Positions 1 to 64,000 of a stretch of 64,000 bases of DNA are shown one piece after another. Numbering within the stretch: position 1 is the stretch's first letter; every line of letters starts with the position of its first letter. Below the pieces are notes generated by a model. The model ran no database searches, was not told the DNA's origin, and worked only from the letters and a program-made list of their open reading frames with translations. The position numbers were made by a program, and so were the translations under genes. The stretch is from Eledone cirrhosa (Eukaryota), in contig OZ024745.1 of NCBI GenBank assembly GCA_964016885.1, forward strand, positions 71,796,001 to 71,860,000. The letters are read 5' to 3'.

Positions 1-1450
1 TTTCCCATTGCCGCGTGCTATCTTGCGTGCTATCCTCAAATCAGTTCTACTTTTCTGAAATTTCTCACTGAATAACTGCCTTAGTTGACCTTTGTGTGAT
101 CATATTCCTTATGGAATGCACTATTTGGAGGGATTTACTCAAATGGTTAATAATTTCATTACTAAGAAAATTATTCAACATTATTCTTATATAAAATTAC
201 CAGATTCGAACATTTGAATTCATCGAGGGAATTTTCAAAATGGATGGTCTTGTTTCATAGAACCAGAGGCGGTTTTGGCCAGGATGGTATGAAAAGGGTT
301 AATTTAATTTATCTGATTCCTTTTCTGTAGTTAACATTATTGCGTGACAAACATCGATTTATAGAGTATAATAGGCAGCGAAGTGGTATTTTTTCGGCAC
401 TCTACGTTCTGAGTTCAAATCCTGCCGAGGTCAACCTTATTTTTCATCCCCTCGAAGTCGATAAATAAAGTTCTATTTCAAAGCTGAGTTGATTCTTTCT
501 ATGCATATCTTTCCGACTTCCCTTTTCTCTCCTTCTTTCTCTGCAACAATCGACTATATTCAGATATAAAGAGGGATGAGCTCCACTAAGTTTTAAAATG
601 CCCGAGACACGCCGCATGTAACGATGATGCACCTATGATTCCTTCAAGAGTTAAATGATCAGTGACTTACTTTCGTCCTCAGCATTATGAGTTCAAGTAA
701 GGTAACTCTGGATATTCATTTGTCTCAGATGAATATCCAGAGTTACCTTACTTGAACTCATGAGCTTGTCGTATGCTAATCTCCCTGTGTACCTATACTT
801 AAAGATTCTTTAAATGTTTTACTTTACCACTTGCTGTTCTCGCTTTGTCACGTAGGTTAGTGACCTAATACCTTGTCCTCTCACTTTGTTTGCTCTTTTC
901 AGCATTATTTACAGCCAAGGGTCTTGTATAATGTACCAAGGTTCAATCTTTCCTCACTGCTCACGGACTTCTATTTTGCGAATTTCAAATCTAGTAAGCT
1001 TATTCTATTAGATAGCTGTTTTATTCCACAATTATGATTGACTACTCAATCTTATATACACCTTAATAATTACTTCTCATATAGGAACATGGTCAGCAAT
1101 TGTTTTTGAGGCGGGATGGGGGGGGGGGGGGGAGAGAGAGAAAAAGTTGATTAAATCGACCCCAGTAGTTGACTGGTACTTTATTTCATCAACCCCAGAA
1201 GGATGAAACTCAAAGTTGACTTCGGCCAGATTTGATCTCAGAACGTATAGGAGCGTACCTAAATGCTACAAAGCAGTTTGTTTGACACTCTAACGAAACG
1301 TCTGGCCTTTTTGTTCCATGAATTCTAAATAAGTAAAAAAAAGTAATTGAATTGTTAACCTTGTTCTTCAAAAACAGAAATCAAATTCATGTCAATGAGA
1401 TAAATAGGCAAAAAAAAAAGCCAACAAATTTCGAAGTATTCTATATAGTA

Positions 1451-1852
1451 TTTATTCACAAACATTAGTAAAAAATAATTAACCCATGAGAATTTTTTTT
1501 CATATGAATCGTAATTATGTTTATCAAGCTGGTCCCTTTAAGAAGTCAATAGTGAGTATTATTGTTTATGTAATAAAAATTGAAAAAAAGAAAAGAAAAT
1601 ACAAAACATAAAATGAATAATTATATAAAAATGAATTGAAGTAAATTAATCCTCCCATGTTATGTTTAAAAGTTATGTATGTATGTATGTATAAAGTTTC
1701 TAATGGCTTGTGACTGCGATTCACCTAACACTTCTATTTGTACGTTTCTATAATAAATTAGAACGTGTCGATGTTTGTAGGTGCTTTTGGAAACATAAAA
1801 ACGATCTGAGTTTCCTATTTTCCCCCAACAACTTGTGGAATACACTTTTATT
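1451..1852 (-). promoter_or_regulatory. Candidate polyadenylation signals of thrombospondin (AATAAA at 1847-1852 and 1451-1456)
   Basis: Hexamers on the minus strand downstream of the stop; the AT-rich context makes them weak evidence. Confidence 0.3.
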
Positions 1853-1856
1853 CACA

Positions 1857-63856
<62,000 letters not shown>

Positions 63857-63894
63857 CTTTAAAGTAAAATGTAAAATTATATATATATATATAC

Positions 63895-63967
<73 letters not shown>

Positions 63968-63968
63968 C

Positions 63969-64000
<32 letters not shown>

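Overview
Eukaryotic, AT-rich, microsatellite-dense genomic DNA. The repeat repertoire suggests an octopod cephalopod, but this is inference. The window is almost entirely spanned by one minus-strand gene, an invertebrate pentameric (subgroup-B/COMP-like) thrombospondin. I traced 21 phase-consistent coding exons (63856 down to the stop at 1857; about 877 aa; the 5' end lies outside the window). They encode the end of the N-terminal domain, a coiled coil ending in CxxC, six EGF repeats, type-3 Ca-binding repeats with a KGD motif and the C-terminal L-lectin domain. One intron needs a GC donor. The introns hold an intact RTE LINE with a PHD-like finger, nested in a Naiad-like Penelope element; an intact and a truncated R4/Dong-like element stacked in an (AAT)n tract; Helitrons; hAT and other MITEs; and many tRNA-derived SINEs. 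The most unusual signal is a set of hammerhead-ribozyme (HHR) motifs from several unrelated families, mostly inside fold-back palindromes or a terminally redundant unit embedded in (TA)n tracts. Some of them lie in the sense strand of the thrombospondin pre-mRNA. All coordinates were read by eye; repeat boundaries are approximate.
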